Assembly (NCBI GenBank): GCA_963841915.1 | Contig: CAWJEN010000006.1 | Coordinates: forward strand, 640,001-704,000 | Direction: 5' to 3' | Source of the DNA: an uncultured Planctomycetota bacterium | Lineage (GTDB): Bacteria; Planctomycetota; Phycisphaerae; Tepidisphaerales; Tepidisphaeraceae | Length of the DNA: 64,000 nucleotides | Part shown: in pieces, positions 27,500 through 37,624 of the stretch | Layout: every line of letters begins with the position of its first letter | Position numbering within the stretch: position 1 is the first letter of the stretch | Program-made: the position numbers and the translations under genes | The notes under the pieces: model-generated | What the model was told of the DNA's origin: nothing | Databases searched by the model: none | What the model saw: only the letters and a program-made list of their open reading frames with translations

Positions 27500-29008
27500 C
27501 TAGCTGCGCGTCGCCCACTCGACCAGCGTCCGCACGCCAAAGCCCGTCGCGCCGCGGTCGTAGGGCGGGCTGGCCTTTTCGGCGTCGGCGGTCGGCGCGA
27601 TGTCGAGGTGGCACCAAGGCACCTCGTCGCCCTCGGTCACGTTCCCCGGCACAAAGTGGTGCAGGAACTCGGCCGCCGTGTCGCAGCCGCCCCAGCGACC
27701 CGGGCTGTTGACCACGTCGGCCACGTTGCTCGACAGCATCTCCCGGTAGTCGTCGCCTAAAGGCATCCGCCACAACCGCTCGCCCGTCGACTTCGAGGCG
27801 TCGTCGAGCGACTGCCACAGCGTTTCGTCATTGCTCCACGCACCGGCCCGCGAGGTGCCAAGAGCCACGACGACCGCACCCGTCAGCGTCGCCAGATCCA
27901 CGCACGCCGACGGCTTGTACGTCTCGATGCCCCAACTCAGAGCATCGGCCAACACCAGTCGTCCTTCGGCGTCGGTGTTGGTGACTTCGACCGTGACGCC
28001 ATTGTGCATGTGCAGGATGTCACCAGGCCTGTAGGCGGTGCCGCTGGGCATGTTTTCTGCCGCGGCAAGGATGCCGACGACAGGACGATCGATCTTGAGC
28101 ATCGCACAGGCTGCCATGAAGCCGAGCACCGCCATGCCGCCGCACTTGTCGAAGACCATCGACTGCATGCCACCCGACGGCTTGATGCTGATGCCACCGG
28201 TGTCGAAGGTGATGGCCTTACCGATCGCCAGCAGCGGGGCGAGCTTGGGCTTCTTGGCCTTCTTCTTGCCACCGGTTGCGACATCGACATTGTGGCCGAA
28301 CACGATCATGCACGGCGGGCTGTCGCTGCCTTTGCCGACGGCGATGAGGCCGCCCATGCCCAACTTGTCGGCCTCCTTCATGTCGACGATCCGGCACGAC
28401 AGGCCTAGCTCTTTGGCCATCGATTTGGCTTCCTTGGCCAGCGAGGGCGGAGCGATGTCGTTGCCGGGCCTGAACGCGATGGTGCGGGCGTAGTTCTGGG
28501 CGAGGCCGATCTTGTAGCCGCGGTCGACGCTCTTCTTGTCGCTCGACAGCACCGTCAGCGTTACGGCTGCCGGTGCGTCACTCTTGGTGGCGGTGCCTTT
28601 GTGCTCGCGGTACTCGAAGGCGCCGATGAGGAAGCCGGTTGCCGTCGCCTCAGCCAGATCATCGGCCGGTGGCAGGAAGGCGACCTTCGTCGCCTTGAAC
28701 CGCTTGACCGCCTTGGCGGCGGCGGCGGCGGCTTTGTGGGTCGACTCGACGTCGATCAGCTTGCCCACGCCCACGGTGATGACGCGTTGCTTGTCGATCA
28801 CGAGCGTCGCGGTTTCGCCTACTTTGCCCAATGCCGAGCCGTCGGCCACGAGTCCTGTGACGGCATCCTGTACGTCGTCGGGCAACATGGCCGCGTCACC
28901 GGCAAAGGTGACCACATCGTCGCCCATCACGAGTGGCACGATCACCGCCGCCGACTTCGGCAGGCTTGTAGCGGCTTTGACTTCAACATTCGTGCTAGTA
29001 GCAAGCAT
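27500..29008 (-). CDS. pepA: leucyl aminopeptidase (M17)
   Basis: GKAITFDTGGISIKP, NTDAEGRLVLAD and DLATLTGA motifs; start at MLATS. Confidence 0.93.
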   Translation of the reverse strand: MLATSTNVEVKAATSLPKSAAVIVPLVMGDDVVTFAGDAAMLPDDVQDAVTGLVADGSALGKVGETATLVIDKQRVITVGVGKLIDVESTHKAAAAAAKAVKRFKATKVAFLPPADDLAEATATGFLIGAFEYREHKGTATKSDAPAAVTLTVLSSDKKSVDRGYKIGLAQNYARTIAFRPGNDIAPPSLAKEAKSMAKELGLSCRIVDMKEADKLGMGGLIAVGKGSDSPPCMIVFGHNVDVATGGKKKAKKPKLAPLLAIGKAITFDTGGISIKPSGGMQSMVFDKCGGMAVLGFMAACAMLKIDRPVVGILAAAENMPSGTAYRPGDILHMHNGVTVEVTNTDAEGRLVLADALSWGIETYKPSACVDLATLTGAVVVALGTSRAGAWSNDETLWQSLDDASKSTGERLWRMPLGDDYREMLSSNVADVVNSPGRWGGCDTAAEFLHHFVPGNVTEGDEVPWCHLDIAPTADAEKASPPYDRGATGFGVRTLVEWATRS

Positions 29009-29061
29009 GGGCTCAGCGTAGCGACCTGTCGCTGAAGCGAGCGATGTACGACACGAGGTTG

Positions 29062-29226
29062 CCCGGAGCCGCGGTCCGGGGGACCGCCGGTCTGACGAGA
29101 CAGAACGCGCTACCTGTGCGTCTTCCCCGAAGTGACTGCGCGATGCGGGTCGTCCCCTGCTGGAAGTGGCGAGCGTGTTGCTTTCTGCATCGTCAGACCG
29201 GCAATCCGTTGGACCGCGGCTCCGGG
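29062..29226. repeat. 44-bp inverted-repeat pair (REP-doublet-like)
   Basis: CCCGGAGCCGCGGTCCGGGGGACCGCCGGTCTGACGAGACAGAA at 29062-29105 versus the reverse complement of 29183-29226. Confidence 0.75.
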
Positions 29227-29323
29227 TCGTTTGGCTTCGAACACCGTCACGATCATGTTCTCTCGGAGCTTCGGGCAGAGCGTGTTGCAGACGAGGCGTC
29301 AGCAGCCCGTCTAACCTGCCGTC

Positions 29324-30070
29324 ATGACTGACATAGCCGACAAACCCGTAGCCATCGTCACCGGCGCGTCCCGCGGCATCGGCCGCGGCATCGCCACCAA
29401 GCTCGCCGCCGACGGCATGCATGTCGTCTGTTGCGCCCGCTCTGCCGACAAGCTGGCTGAGCTGGTAAGCGAGATCGAAGCGGCCGGTGGAAGCGGCGAA
29501 GCGCTGGCCATGGACGTCGGCGACGCCGAGAACATCCGGGCCGGTATAGATGCCGTGGCTGACAAGCTCGGGCGGCTCGACGTGCTCGTCAACAACGCCG
29601 GCATCACGCGCGACACGCTGCTGCTCCGCATGGACGACGAGCAGTTCGACGAGGTCATCAAGACGAACCTCAAGAGCGTCTTCGTCGCCACCAAGGCGGC
29701 CGCCCGTTATCTCATGCGGAGCAAGCAAGGCCGCATCATCAACATCGGCTCGGTCAGCGGCGTCATCGGCAACAAGGGCCAGGCCAACTACGCCGCCAGC
29801 AAGTCGGGGTTGCACGGCTTTACCAAGACGGTCGCCCGGGAACTGGCTGCAAAGGCCGTCACGGCCAACGTGATCGCGCCCGGCTTCGTCACGACCGACA
29901 TGACCGACGCGCTACCCGACAAAATTAAGGACGAAGTGGTCAAGCTCATTCCGCTGGCACGATTTGGCCAGGTCGATGACATCGCCGCGGCGGTGGCCTT
30001 CCTCGCCTCCCCGGCGGCAGGTTATGTGACGGGCCAAGTCCTGTGCGTCGACGGCGGCATGGCGATGTAG
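29324..30070 (+). CDS. fabG: 3-oxoacyl-ACP reductase
   Basis: TGASRGIG, NNAGITRD and NYAASK motifs; upstream of acpP-fabF. Confidence 0.96.
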   Translation: MTDIADKPVAIVTGASRGIGRGIATKLAADGMHVVCCARSADKLAELVSEIEAAGGSGEALAMDVGDAENIRAGIDAVADKLGRLDVLVNNAGITRDTLLLRMDDEQFDEVIKTNLKSVFVATKAAARYLMRSKQGRIINIGSVSGVIGNKGQANYAASKSGLHGFTKTVARELAAKAVTANVIAPGFVTTDMTDALPDKIKDEVVKLIPLARFGQVDDIAAAVAFLASPAAGYVTGQVLCVDGGMAM

Positions 30071-30221
30071 GTTCGCGCATCGCAATCACTGCTCCTCCGT
30101 GCCTTCTGGTCTCAACCGCCCGGACTGGCCCTTTCGCCGCATCCGGCTATAGTCGCGGCCTCTGCCTGCGACCATTTGGTCGCGCGGCCCCCAGAACGCA
30201 ACCACCCTCCTAGAACACGCC

Positions 30222-30467
30222 ATGGACGAAGCTCAGATTGAGACAAAAGTGACCGAGATCGTCAGCGAGCAGATGGGCCGTGACAAGGCCGAAATCAGCC
30301 GCGAGACGCACTTCATCAACGACCTCAACGCCGACAGTCTCGACACCGTCGAGCTTGTCATGGAGTTCGAGGACGAGTTCGAGTTGTCGATCCCCGACGA
30401 CGCCGCCGAGAAGATCCAGACGGTCGGTCAGGCGATTGACTACATCAAGGAAAACCAGGGCAAGTAA
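30222..30467 (+). CDS. acpP: acyl carrier protein
   Basis: [20 protein letters not shown]. Confidence 0.97.
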   Translation: MDEAQIETKVTEIVSEQMGRDKAEISRETHFINDLNADSLDTVELVMEFEDEFELSIPDDAAEKIQTVGQAIDYIKENQGK

Positions 30468-30478
30468 GCCCGAGTGCC

Positions 30479-30533
30479 AGGGGCGGTTTGCTGCACGGCG
30501 ACCCATAAGGGGCGTAGGCAGCAAGCCGCCCCT
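30479..30533. terminator. long intergenic hairpin between acpP and fabF
   Basis: AGGGGCGGTTTGCTGC...GCAGCAAGCCGCCCCT followed by TGCCTTT. Confidence 0.5.
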
Positions 30534-30576
30534 TGCCTTTCAATCATCTATTGCGCTCTCGAGCGAACCATCAGCC

Positions 30577-31830
30577 ATGCGCAGACGCGTCGTCATCACG
30601 GGAATGGGTGTCATCACGCCACTGGGCGAAACCGTCGACGCGTTGTGGGACAACGTGCTTGCCGGTAAGAGCGGCATCGGGCCCATCACCCGGTGGGACG
30701 CCAGCGAATTTACTACCCGCATCGGCGGTGAATGCTCCGGGTTTGATCCCGGTGCGCACGGCATCGACAAACTGCAGGCCAAGCGGCTTGACCGCTTCGC
30801 CCAGTTCGCAATCGCTGCCAGTAAGGAAGCCGTTGAAGACAGCGGCCTTGATTTCAAGGGTGGCGACATCGACGTCGACCGCGTTGGTGTCCTCATCGGT
30901 AGCGGCATCGGTGGCATCGAAACGCTCGAAGAGCAGGCGCGGATCCTGGTCGCCAAGGGCCCGAGTCGCATGAGCCCGTTCACGGTGCCGCGGCTGATGG
31001 TCAACGCCGCCAGCGGGAACGTGTCGATTCTGTACGGCCTTCGCGGACCCACGACAGCCGTCGTGACCGCATGTGCGACGGCCGGTAATGCGATCGGCGA
31101 TGCGGTCAACTTCATCCGCAACGGCCAGGCCGACGCGATGATTGCCGGTGGCAGCGAGGCAGCTTTGTCGCCGCTGGGCATGGGCAGCTTTTGTGCCGCC
31201 CGGGCCATGACGACACGGAACGACGACCCGGAGCACGCCAGTCGGCCGTGGGACAAAGGCCGGGACGGCTTTGTCATGGGCGAAGGCGCGGGCGTTGTCG
31301 TGCTCGAGGAGTACGAAGCGGCCAAGAAACGCGGCGCGACGATTTATGCGGAAGTTGCCGGCTACGGCATGACGGCCGACGCGTACCACATCACTGCCAC
31401 CATCGAGGACGGCAGCGGCCCGAGCAAGGCAATGAACCTCGCCCTCGCCGACGGCAATACCGCGCCTGAAGACGTCCAATACCTCAACGCCCACGGCACG
31501 AGCACGCCCATCGGTGACCCGGCCGAGACCAAGGCCGTCAAGATCAGCTTCGGCGACCACGCCAAGAAGCTCATGCTCTCGAGTACGAAGTCGATGCTCG
31601 GTCACAGCCTCGGTGCGACCGGCGGTGTCGAGACGATCCTGACCGCGCTCACGCTCAAGCACGGCATCATTCCGCCGACGATCAACCTCGAGGAGCCAGA
31701 TATCGAGGCCGGTTGCGACCTCGATTACTGCCCCAAGACCGCGCGAGAGACGCCTGTGAAGAAGGCCCTCAACAACTCCTTCGGCTTCGGCGGCCACAAC
31801 GCGTCGCTCTTGCTGGCCAAGGTCGATTGA
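30577..31830 (+). CDS. fabF: beta-ketoacyl-ACP synthase II
   Basis: RRVVITGMG, TACAT, NAHGTST, KSMLGHSLGA and NSFGFGGHN motifs. Confidence 0.96.
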   Translation: MRRRVVITGMGVITPLGETVDALWDNVLAGKSGIGPITRWDASEFTTRIGGECSGFDPGAHGIDKLQAKRLDRFAQFAIAASKEAVEDSGLDFKGGDIDVDRVGVLIGSGIGGIETLEEQARILVAKGPSRMSPFTVPRLMVNAASGNVSILYGLRGPTTAVVTACATAGNAIGDAVNFIRNGQADAMIAGGSEAALSPLGMGSFCAARAMTTRNDDPEHASRPWDKGRDGFVMGEGAGVVVLEEYEAAKKRGATIYAEVAGYGMTADAYHITATIEDGSGPSKAMNLALADGNTAPEDVQYLNAHGTSTPIGDPAETKAVKISFGDHAKKLMLSSTKSMLGHSLGATGGVETILTALTLKHGIIPPTINLEEPDIEAGCDLDYCPKTARETPVKKALNNSFGFGGHNASLLLAKVD

Positions 31831-31892
31831 CGATGATGAAGACGGGGCCGCACGGATGCGGACCCGACAAGACTGCTGACACGGAAGTCGCT

Positions 31893-32192
31893 ATGCCCGT
31901 CCTGCCCACCGATCACACAAATGGCGAGACGCAGGACGTCTCACGCATCCTGAAGCTCGAGGTGCCCGTCATCGTTCGCCTGGCCAGACGGCAGTTGCCG
32001 TTGAAGGACGTGCTGCGCTTGGCCCACGGCAGTATCCTGGAGCTTGATCGCGGCAGCGAAGAGCCGATGCACCTCATGATCAACGACCGCGTCATCGGCG
32101 AAGGCGAGGCCGTCAAGGTCGGTGAGCATTTCGGCCTTCGCGTCACCGGCATCGGGGACGTCCGCGACCGCTTGGGTGCGATGCGGAAGTAA
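31893..32192 (+). CDS. FliM/FliN (SpoA) C-terminal domain protein
   Basis: ILKLEVPVIVRL...GSILELDR...IGEGEAVKVGEHFGLRVT; an alternative start lies at 31833. Confidence 0.85.
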   Translation: MPVLPTDHTNGETQDVSRILKLEVPVIVRLARRQLPLKDVLRLAHGSILELDRGSEEPMHLMINDRVIGEGEAVKVGEHFGLRVTGIGDVRDRLGAMRK

Positions 32193-32195
32193 ACC

Positions 32196-32948
32196 CTACT
32201 CCGGGGCCCGCACGATGAGCAGGTGGTTGAACCCACGCAGGTAGAACCCTCCCTCGTCGGCGGCCTTGCGATAATTGCCCATCTCCAGCGTCTTGTTCCT
32301 ACGCACGACCGCGACCCAGTCGACCGGCTCGAAGCCGCCGTTGAGCAGCAGGCCGAACAGTTCGTATCCGATCGGCCAGAACCCTTTGCCTTGGCCGCGA
32401 TTGACGAAGCTGTCGCAGACGTAGACGCCCAACGTGCCACCCGGCCGCAGGATTCGGGCCGCTTCGGCAAACGTTTCGTCCATCGCCTCGTAGTACGCGT
32501 CCTCGCTCGCCGGTAGCTTGCCGATGCACCGCGGGTCGTCGCTGTAGTCGATGTGAGTTCCGTAGGGCGGATCCATGAACACCAGCGACGCCTTGGCGTT
32601 GTCGATCGGCAGCTTCCGCGCGTCCGCCCGCTCTATGTCGGGCCGGGTCGGTGCCAAATCAAAGCCGCGACTCTTGCGGCCCAGGTCGCGACACACGTCG
32701 AGCGTCGTTCCGCTGCCGCAAAAAGGGTCGACGACGAGGCCGGTCGTCGGGCAGTAGCGCTCGACGAGATTCCAGACGACGTGGCTGGGCGTGACCCCTG
32801 GATACTTCTCGTCGCCCTGGCGGCCTGTGCCGTAGTTCTGGCTCGGGTAATCCCACAGCGTCGTGACGTGCGGGCGGACCGGCGGCTTGTGCTCGCGAGC
32901 GGGAGCGGGGCGATTCTGAGGATTCCGGGGCGGCGATCGGCGAGTCAT
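32196..32948 (-). CDS. orphan amino (N4/N6) methyltransferase
   Basis: DPFCGSGTT SAM-binding motif followed by the DPPY catalytic motif. Confidence 0.85.
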   Translation of the reverse strand: MTRRSPPRNPQNRPAPAREHKPPVRPHVTTLWDYPSQNYGTGRQGDEKYPGVTPSHVVWNLVERYCPTTGLVVDPFCGSGTTLDVCRDLGRKSRGFDLAPTRPDIERADARKLPIDNAKASLVFMDPPYGTHIDYSDDPRCIGKLPASEDAYYEAMDETFAEAARILRPGGTLGVYVCDSFVNRGQGKGFWPIGYELFGLLLNGGFEPVDWVAVVRRNKTLEMGNYRKAADEGGFYLRGFNHLLIVRAPE

Positions 32949-33017
32949 TTGGAGCAGCGTTGGGTGAATCGTAGATCAGTGGCAACCCCGCACGCCTCCC
33001 CGCGAAAGGACCTCGCC

Positions 33018-33578
33018 ATGAACCGCCGCCTGCTTGTTGCCTCCGTCGTTGCCGCCACCGCCATTGCTTTGCAAGGCTGTGCTTCTTCCAAGCCGCAACC
33101 GGTCGACACCGAAGCGCGGTCGGCCGTCGTGACGAAGGCCCAGCAGCAGGCCAAAGTTGCCGCCGAGTTACGGGCCGACGCCAAAGCCGCCGCGAATGAA
33201 GCGGCCGCGTTGCGACTCGCCGCTGAGCGTGAACGCTCGCTCGCCGGTCAGGAGAAGTTCAACGCCAACCGTCTCATGATCGCCGCCGATGTCTACGAGA
33301 GCAACGGCGAGTCAGCCCTGATGGCGGCCGGTGCCTACGACGATTTCCTTGACCGTAATGCCTTCGAAACCGTGTCGCAGCGAGGCGAGACGCGTCTTGC
33401 CAAAGCCGCCGCCAACCGCGAAGCCGCCGCCGATCTGCTCGAATCGCGTGTGGCCCGACTGGATCGATCGCAAGACCTCGATCAGAAGGCAGGCGAGCTT
33501 GAAGGCCGAGCCCGCGCCCTCGCCGCCAAGGCGAGCGAGAACGAACAGGCCGTCCGCGTCATGACCGCGTCGCTGTAG
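33018..33578 (+). CDS. Ala-rich coiled-coil lipoprotein
   Basis: MNRRLLVASVVAATAIALQGC lipobox; AAGGA RBS upstream. Confidence 0.75.
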   Translation: MNRRLLVASVVAATAIALQGCASSKPQPVDTEARSAVVTKAQQQAKVAAELRADAKAAANEAAALRLAAERERSLAGQEKFNANRLMIAADVYESNGESALMAAGAYDDFLDRNAFETVSQRGETRLAKAAANREAAADLLESRVARLDRSQDLDQKAGELEGRARALAAKASENEQAVRVMTASL

Positions 33579-33641
33579 CGGCCGAATCAGTCGGTGACAT
33601 CGACGTAGCTGCGGGCACCGTGCCCGCAGCTACGCTCGTTC

Positions 33642-34451
33642 ATGCCCACCGACCGTCCCGCCGACCAACTCCGCACCGTGACCGTCGAACGCGGCTTCAC
33701 CCGCACCGCCGCCGGCAGCGTCTTGTGGCGGCAGGGCGGCACCCTCGTGCTCTGCACCGCGGCCGTAGAACAGAAACGGCCCGGCTTCTTCCGCGACAGC
33801 CAGGCAGGCGGCTGGGTGTCGGCCGAGTACGTCATGCACCCGGCGAGCGTGAAGGGTCGCAAGGATTGGCCGGGTCTGAAGGCCGATAAGCGTGGCATCG
33901 AGATCGGCCGCCTGATCGGCCGAAGCCTCCGCGCTGCCGTCGATGCCACCAAGATCGGCCCGCACACGATCACGATCGACTGCACCGTCCTCGAAGCCGA
34001 CGGCGGCACCCGCACCGCCAGCATCTGCGGCGGCATGGTCGCCCTCGCCGACGCCCTCAAGACGCTGCCGAAAGACATGCCCGGCACGCCCCACACCGTC
34101 CGCAGCCTTCGCGGCGGCTACGACTCCGAGAGCCACACTGAAGAGCCGCCACCGGCCCTGGACCCGCGTCTGTACAAGCCCGAAGAAGCCATCGTCGCCC
34201 AGGTCGCCGCCGTCAGCGTCGGCATCTGCAACGGCACGCCGACGCTGGACCTCGACTACGTCCTCGACAGCGCCGCCGAGACGGACTTGAACGTCGTCAA
34301 GACCGATAAGGGCACGTACGTCGAGATCCAAGGAACCGCCGAAAGCGGCTTGGGCTTCACGCCGGACCAGTTGGCGAGCATGCTCAAGTTGGCAGACGAA
34401 GGCATCGCCGTTCTTCTTAAATATCAGAGTGAAACCATCAACGCGGTCTAG
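33642..34451 (+). CDS. rph: ribonuclease PH
   Basis: GWVSAEYVM, EIGRLIGRSLR, DCTVLEADGGTRTASI, LDLDY..DSAAETDLN and EIQGTAE motifs. Confidence 0.95.
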   Translation: MPTDRPADQLRTVTVERGFTRTAAGSVLWRQGGTLVLCTAAVEQKRPGFFRDSQAGGWVSAEYVMHPASVKGRKDWPGLKADKRGIEIGRLIGRSLRAAVDATKIGPHTITIDCTVLEADGGTRTASICGGMVALADALKTLPKDMPGTPHTVRSLRGGYDSESHTEEPPPALDPRLYKPEEAIVAQVAAVSVGICNGTPTLDLDYVLDSAAETDLNVVKTDKGTYVEIQGTAESGLGFTPDQLASMLKLADEGIAVLLKYQSETINAV

Positions 34452-35089
34452 CTGCGTCGTCGGAGCAGACAGGACGACGTAATCAGCAGCAGGCTGGCCG
34501 CGCCCGGCTCCGGCACAAACGGTGGGATGCCAACAATGACGATCGGATCGACGATGACGAAGCCGTTGCCGGGCTCCGTCCCGACCGCGTTGAAGGCCGC
34601 TCCCGGGTAGGTGACGGAGGAGCCCGGTCGAACGAGGTCAGCCTCGAGTTCGGCCTGCTCAATTGTGCCGTCAAAGGCATTAGGGTCGTAGAACAGGCCG
34701 ATGTCGACAGGCCCGAGCATCGAAAAGTCGTAGGCGGTTCCGGACGTGCCGATTGCCGTCACGCCGGTGCCGGGCGATCCCAGAACCTCGGAGAATCTTA
34801 ATGAGCCCTGCGTCGGTGATACCGAGAACGGGATAACGTCTCCCGACGCGTCGAACCCCGTGACGATCCCTAAGTCGCGAGGCAGCGCGTCACGCCGGAT
34901 GGCACCGGCATCCGAATAGAAATCAACGATGAACATGGCCCCCGTGCCGTCGAAGTACGTCCTGCCGGTCTCCGGCTCGACATAAATCGTGAGCGACTGG
35001 TCTTGCGCGTGGACCACATGGCTGGTCGTCGCGAGCGTCAGGAGCGCGAAGGTGGTAAGCAACGATCCCGTAAATGCATCTCTACCCAT
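34448..35089 (-). CDS. PEP-CTERM sorting-domain protein
   Basis: Signal peptide; C-terminal VPEPGAASLLLITSSCLLRRRS. Confidence 0.85.
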   Translation of the reverse strand: MGRDAFTGSLLTTFALLTLATTSHVVHAQDQSLTIYVEPETGRTYFDGTGAMFIVDFYSDAGAIRRDALPRDLGIVTGFDASGDVIPFSVSPTQGSLRFSEVLGSPGTGVTAIGTSGTAYDFSMLGPVDIGLFYDPNAFDGTIEQAELEADLVRPGSSVTYPGAAFNAVGTEPGNGFVIVDPIVIVGIPPFVPEPGAASLLLITSSCLLRRRS

Positions 35090-35189
35090 GTTGACAGCAT
35101 AGCGGTTTGCCGAAAGACCACAACGCCCGTTGAGGTGCGCCTTGAGACGTGGTCTCCAGAAGAGAATCATCGACCCGCTACGGTTCGGC

Positions 35190-35987
35190 GTGTCCGAGCA
35201 GTTGCCGCAGGAGCCCATCCGTTACAAGCTCACCGTCAGCTATCGCGGCACTGCGTACCACGGCTGGCAGCGGCAGATCATTCCGGGCGACGACACGGGG
35301 GCGATGGAGCTGCCGACCGTGCAGAACACGCTGCGGCTGGCGTTGCAACGTGTCGTCGGGCACCCGGTGACGCTCACGGGGGCCAGCCGGACGGATGCGG
35401 GCGTCCATGCCATCGGGCAGAAGGCGATGTTCGACACGATCAGACATCAGATTCTGCCGGAAAAGCTGCAGTTGGCGACGAACGCAAAGCTGCCGGCCGA
35501 CGTGGCGGTGACGGGCATCGAAGCCGTTCCCGGCGACTTCTCCGTCATCGGCGACACGATCGAGAAGGGGTATCGCTACTCCGTCCACAACGGCCACGAC
35601 AAGGACGTGTTCGGCGGTGACCTGTCGCTGCACGTCGCGCGGCCGATGCTCGACGCCGAAGCCATGCAAGATGCCGCCTCGCGGCTCGTCGGATCGCACG
35701 ACTTTGCCGCCTTTGCCAAACCGGGTCACGGCCGCGAGTCGACCGTCCGCACCATTACTTCCGCAATGGTCGAACGCAACGGCGATCTCGTGACGTTCAA
35801 TGTCAGCGGCACCGGGTTCCTTTGGAACCAGGTCCGCATCATGGCCGGGACGTTGCTCCGCATCGGCCTCGGCAAACGGCCGCCGAGCGATGTCGACGAC
35901 GTGCTGGCGTCACAAGATCGTCAGATCGCCGGCCCAACCGCGCCCGCGCACGGGCTGTGTCTGATGTGGATTCGGCATCGGGATTGA
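35190..35987 (+). CDS. truA: tRNA pseudouridine(38-40) synthase
   Basis: YRGTAYHGWQ, GASRTDAGVHA, GFLWNQVRIMAG and TAPAHGLCL motifs. Confidence 0.95.
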   Translation: MSEQLPQEPIRYKLTVSYRGTAYHGWQRQIIPGDDTGAMELPTVQNTLRLALQRVVGHPVTLTGASRTDAGVHAIGQKAMFDTIRHQILPEKLQLATNAKLPADVAVTGIEAVPGDFSVIGDTIEKGYRYSVHNGHDKDVFGGDLSLHVARPMLDAEAMQDAASRLVGSHDFAAFAKPGHGRESTVRTITSAMVERNGDLVTFNVSGTGFLWNQVRIMAGTLLRIGLGKRPPSDVDDVLASQDRQIAGPTAPAHGLCLMWIRHRD

Positions 35988-36000
35988 CACCTCGCGGCCA

Positions 36001-37389
36001 TCACGACTCGGGCATCAGGCTGTCGGGGTTCTGCAGCAACTGCAGAATCGCGTTGAGCCCGCCGACGGCGGTGCCGCCGTCGATGACGCGGTGGTCGCAG
36101 GTCAGGCTCAGCGGCAAGAGCTTGCCGACGCCCATCAGGCCGCCTTTGACGACGACGCCTTCGCGGGCTCGGCCGACGGCGAGGATGGCCGCCTCCGGAT
36201 AATTCAGGATCGGCGTGGCGAATCGGCCGCCGGGGTAGGAGCCGAAGTTGCTGATCGTGAACGTGCTGCCGCGGAGTTCGCCGGCGGGGATCGAGCGGCT
36301 CCGGCACGCCGCCGCCGTCTCGGCGATGCGGCGGCCCAGTTCCATCACGCCAAGCTTCCGCGCGTCTCGAATGACCGGCACCATCAGCCCGTCGCTCGTG
36401 TCGACGGCCAGTCCAAGGTGGACCGTTTTGTGCCTGAGAATGTCGTGTTGCTCGTCGTCGACGGTCGAATTGAGCCGCACGAGGTCGGGCCCCATCTCGC
36501 CCGACAGCACGCGGGCGACGGCAGCACATACAAACGGCAGCAGCGACACCTTGATGCCCGTGGCTGCGACGAGGCGGCGACGCTGCGACTCGAGCAGCGT
36601 CACGTCGGCCTCGTCCATGACGGTGAAGTGAACCGCGCGGTCGACGCTTTCCCGCAACCGGTCGGCGATGACACGTCGCAACCCGCGGAACGGGACGTGG
36701 ATGGTGTCGCTGTCGTCGGCGGCCATGCGGGGCGAGCCGGCGAGGTCGCTTTTACCGTTGCCGTGCAGGGCGCCGGGCTTGTGCTTGGAGCCGTTGCCGC
36801 CGGTTTTGCTGACGGGCTGCGGCATGTAGGGCTGTGGTGCGGCGGCTTCGACGTCGCGGGCGACGATGCGTCCGCCGACGCCTGTGCCGCGGATGAGGCT
36901 CAGATCGACGCCGCGGTCTCGGGCGAGCTTGCGGACGGCTGGCGTGGCCTGTGGCTTGTCGCCGTGGTTGGCGGCTTCGGAAAGGGCACCGACGACGGTG
37001 CCGCCGTCTTCGCGTTTGGCGGCAGGCGCTTCCGTTGTCGTCGCGACGGCCGTCTCGGGTTCGGACCGCTCACTGGCAGCCCCGGAACGCGAAGCGTCCG
37101 CATCGGCCTTGGCTGGTGCATCAACGGAGGTGTCTGCGTAGGTGACGACGGGTTTGCCGACGGAGACCATGGTGCCTGGCTCGACGAGCAGCTTGTCGAT
37201 GACGCCGTCGCGCGGAGCCATGAGTTCGGTCTGAGCCTTGCCGGTCTCGACAAGGGCCAGTGGATCGCCTTCCTCGACGGCTGCCCCGGGCTCGACGATC
37301 CACTCGACGATCTCGCATTCCTCGAGTCCTTCGCCCAGGTCAGGCAGAAGGAAGTCGTTACCGTCAAAGACGTCGCCGGGGCTTGCCAT
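36001..37389 (-). CDS. 2-oxoacid dehydrogenase complex E2 (dihydrolipoamide acyltransferase)
   Basis: Lipoyl domain (LPDLGEG...VETGKA), peripheral subunit-binding domain (ATPAVRKLA...GTGVGGRI), catalytic DHRVIDG. Confidence 0.93.
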   Translation of the reverse strand: MASPGDVFDGNDFLLPDLGEGLEECEIVEWIVEPGAAVEEGDPLALVETGKAQTELMAPRDGVIDKLLVEPGTMVSVGKPVVTYADTSVDAPAKADADASRSGAASERSEPETAVATTTEAPAAKREDGGTVVGALSEAANHGDKPQATPAVRKLARDRGVDLSLIRGTGVGGRIVARDVEAAAPQPYMPQPVSKTGGNGSKHKPGALHGNGKSDLAGSPRMAADDSDTIHVPFRGLRRVIADRLRESVDRAVHFTVMDEADVTLLESQRRRLVAATGIKVSLLPFVCAAVARVLSGEMGPDLVRLNSTVDDEQHDILRHKTVHLGLAVDTSDGLMVPVIRDARKLGVMELGRRIAETAAACRSRSIPAGELRGSTFTISNFGSYPGGRFATPILNYPEAAILAVGRAREGVVVKGGLMGVGKLLPLSLTCDHRVIDGGTAVGGLNAILQLLQNPDSLMPES

Positions 37390-37440
37390 GCCAGTAGCTT
37401 AACAGGGTAATCTGCCGCCTGTCAGATGATCGCCTGGTCG

Positions 37441-37591
37441 GAGGAACGCGAAGAGGCGAAGAGGCGCGCAAAGGGCGGAGGAGGTGAGAGAATGGGACCG
37501 GGAAGGTTGCACGTGTCGCTTCGAGAGGCGGCGTCTTTGAGCAGGTCTGTACCTTCGCGGGCCTTTGCTTCTTCGCTCCTTCGCGTTTCTC
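37441..37591. repeat. imperfect inverted-repeat element built from GCGAAG units
   Basis: GAGGAACGCGAAGAGGCGAAGAGG... versus ...CTTCTTCGCTCCTTCGCGTTTCTC. Confidence 0.6.
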
Positions 37592-37624
37592 TGGTTGAAG
37601 GTTGAACTTTCCTAAGCTCTCAGC

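Noticed and set aside
29009..29815. N-terminal extension of the 771-aa pepA ORF
   Set aside because: It is antisense to fabG and crosses an intergenic repeat; the real start is at 29008.
33018..33578. ESCRT-III/PspA-like partner for the AAA ATPase
   Set aside because: It is coiled-coil, but it has a lipoprotein signal (exported) and lies 6 kb away with no recognisable PspA/Snf7 pattern.
13746..36180. 22-kb integrated element bounded by the E2 direct repeat
   Set aside because: The interval is full of core genes (hisG, rbfA, greA, fab, rph, truA) and contains no integrase.
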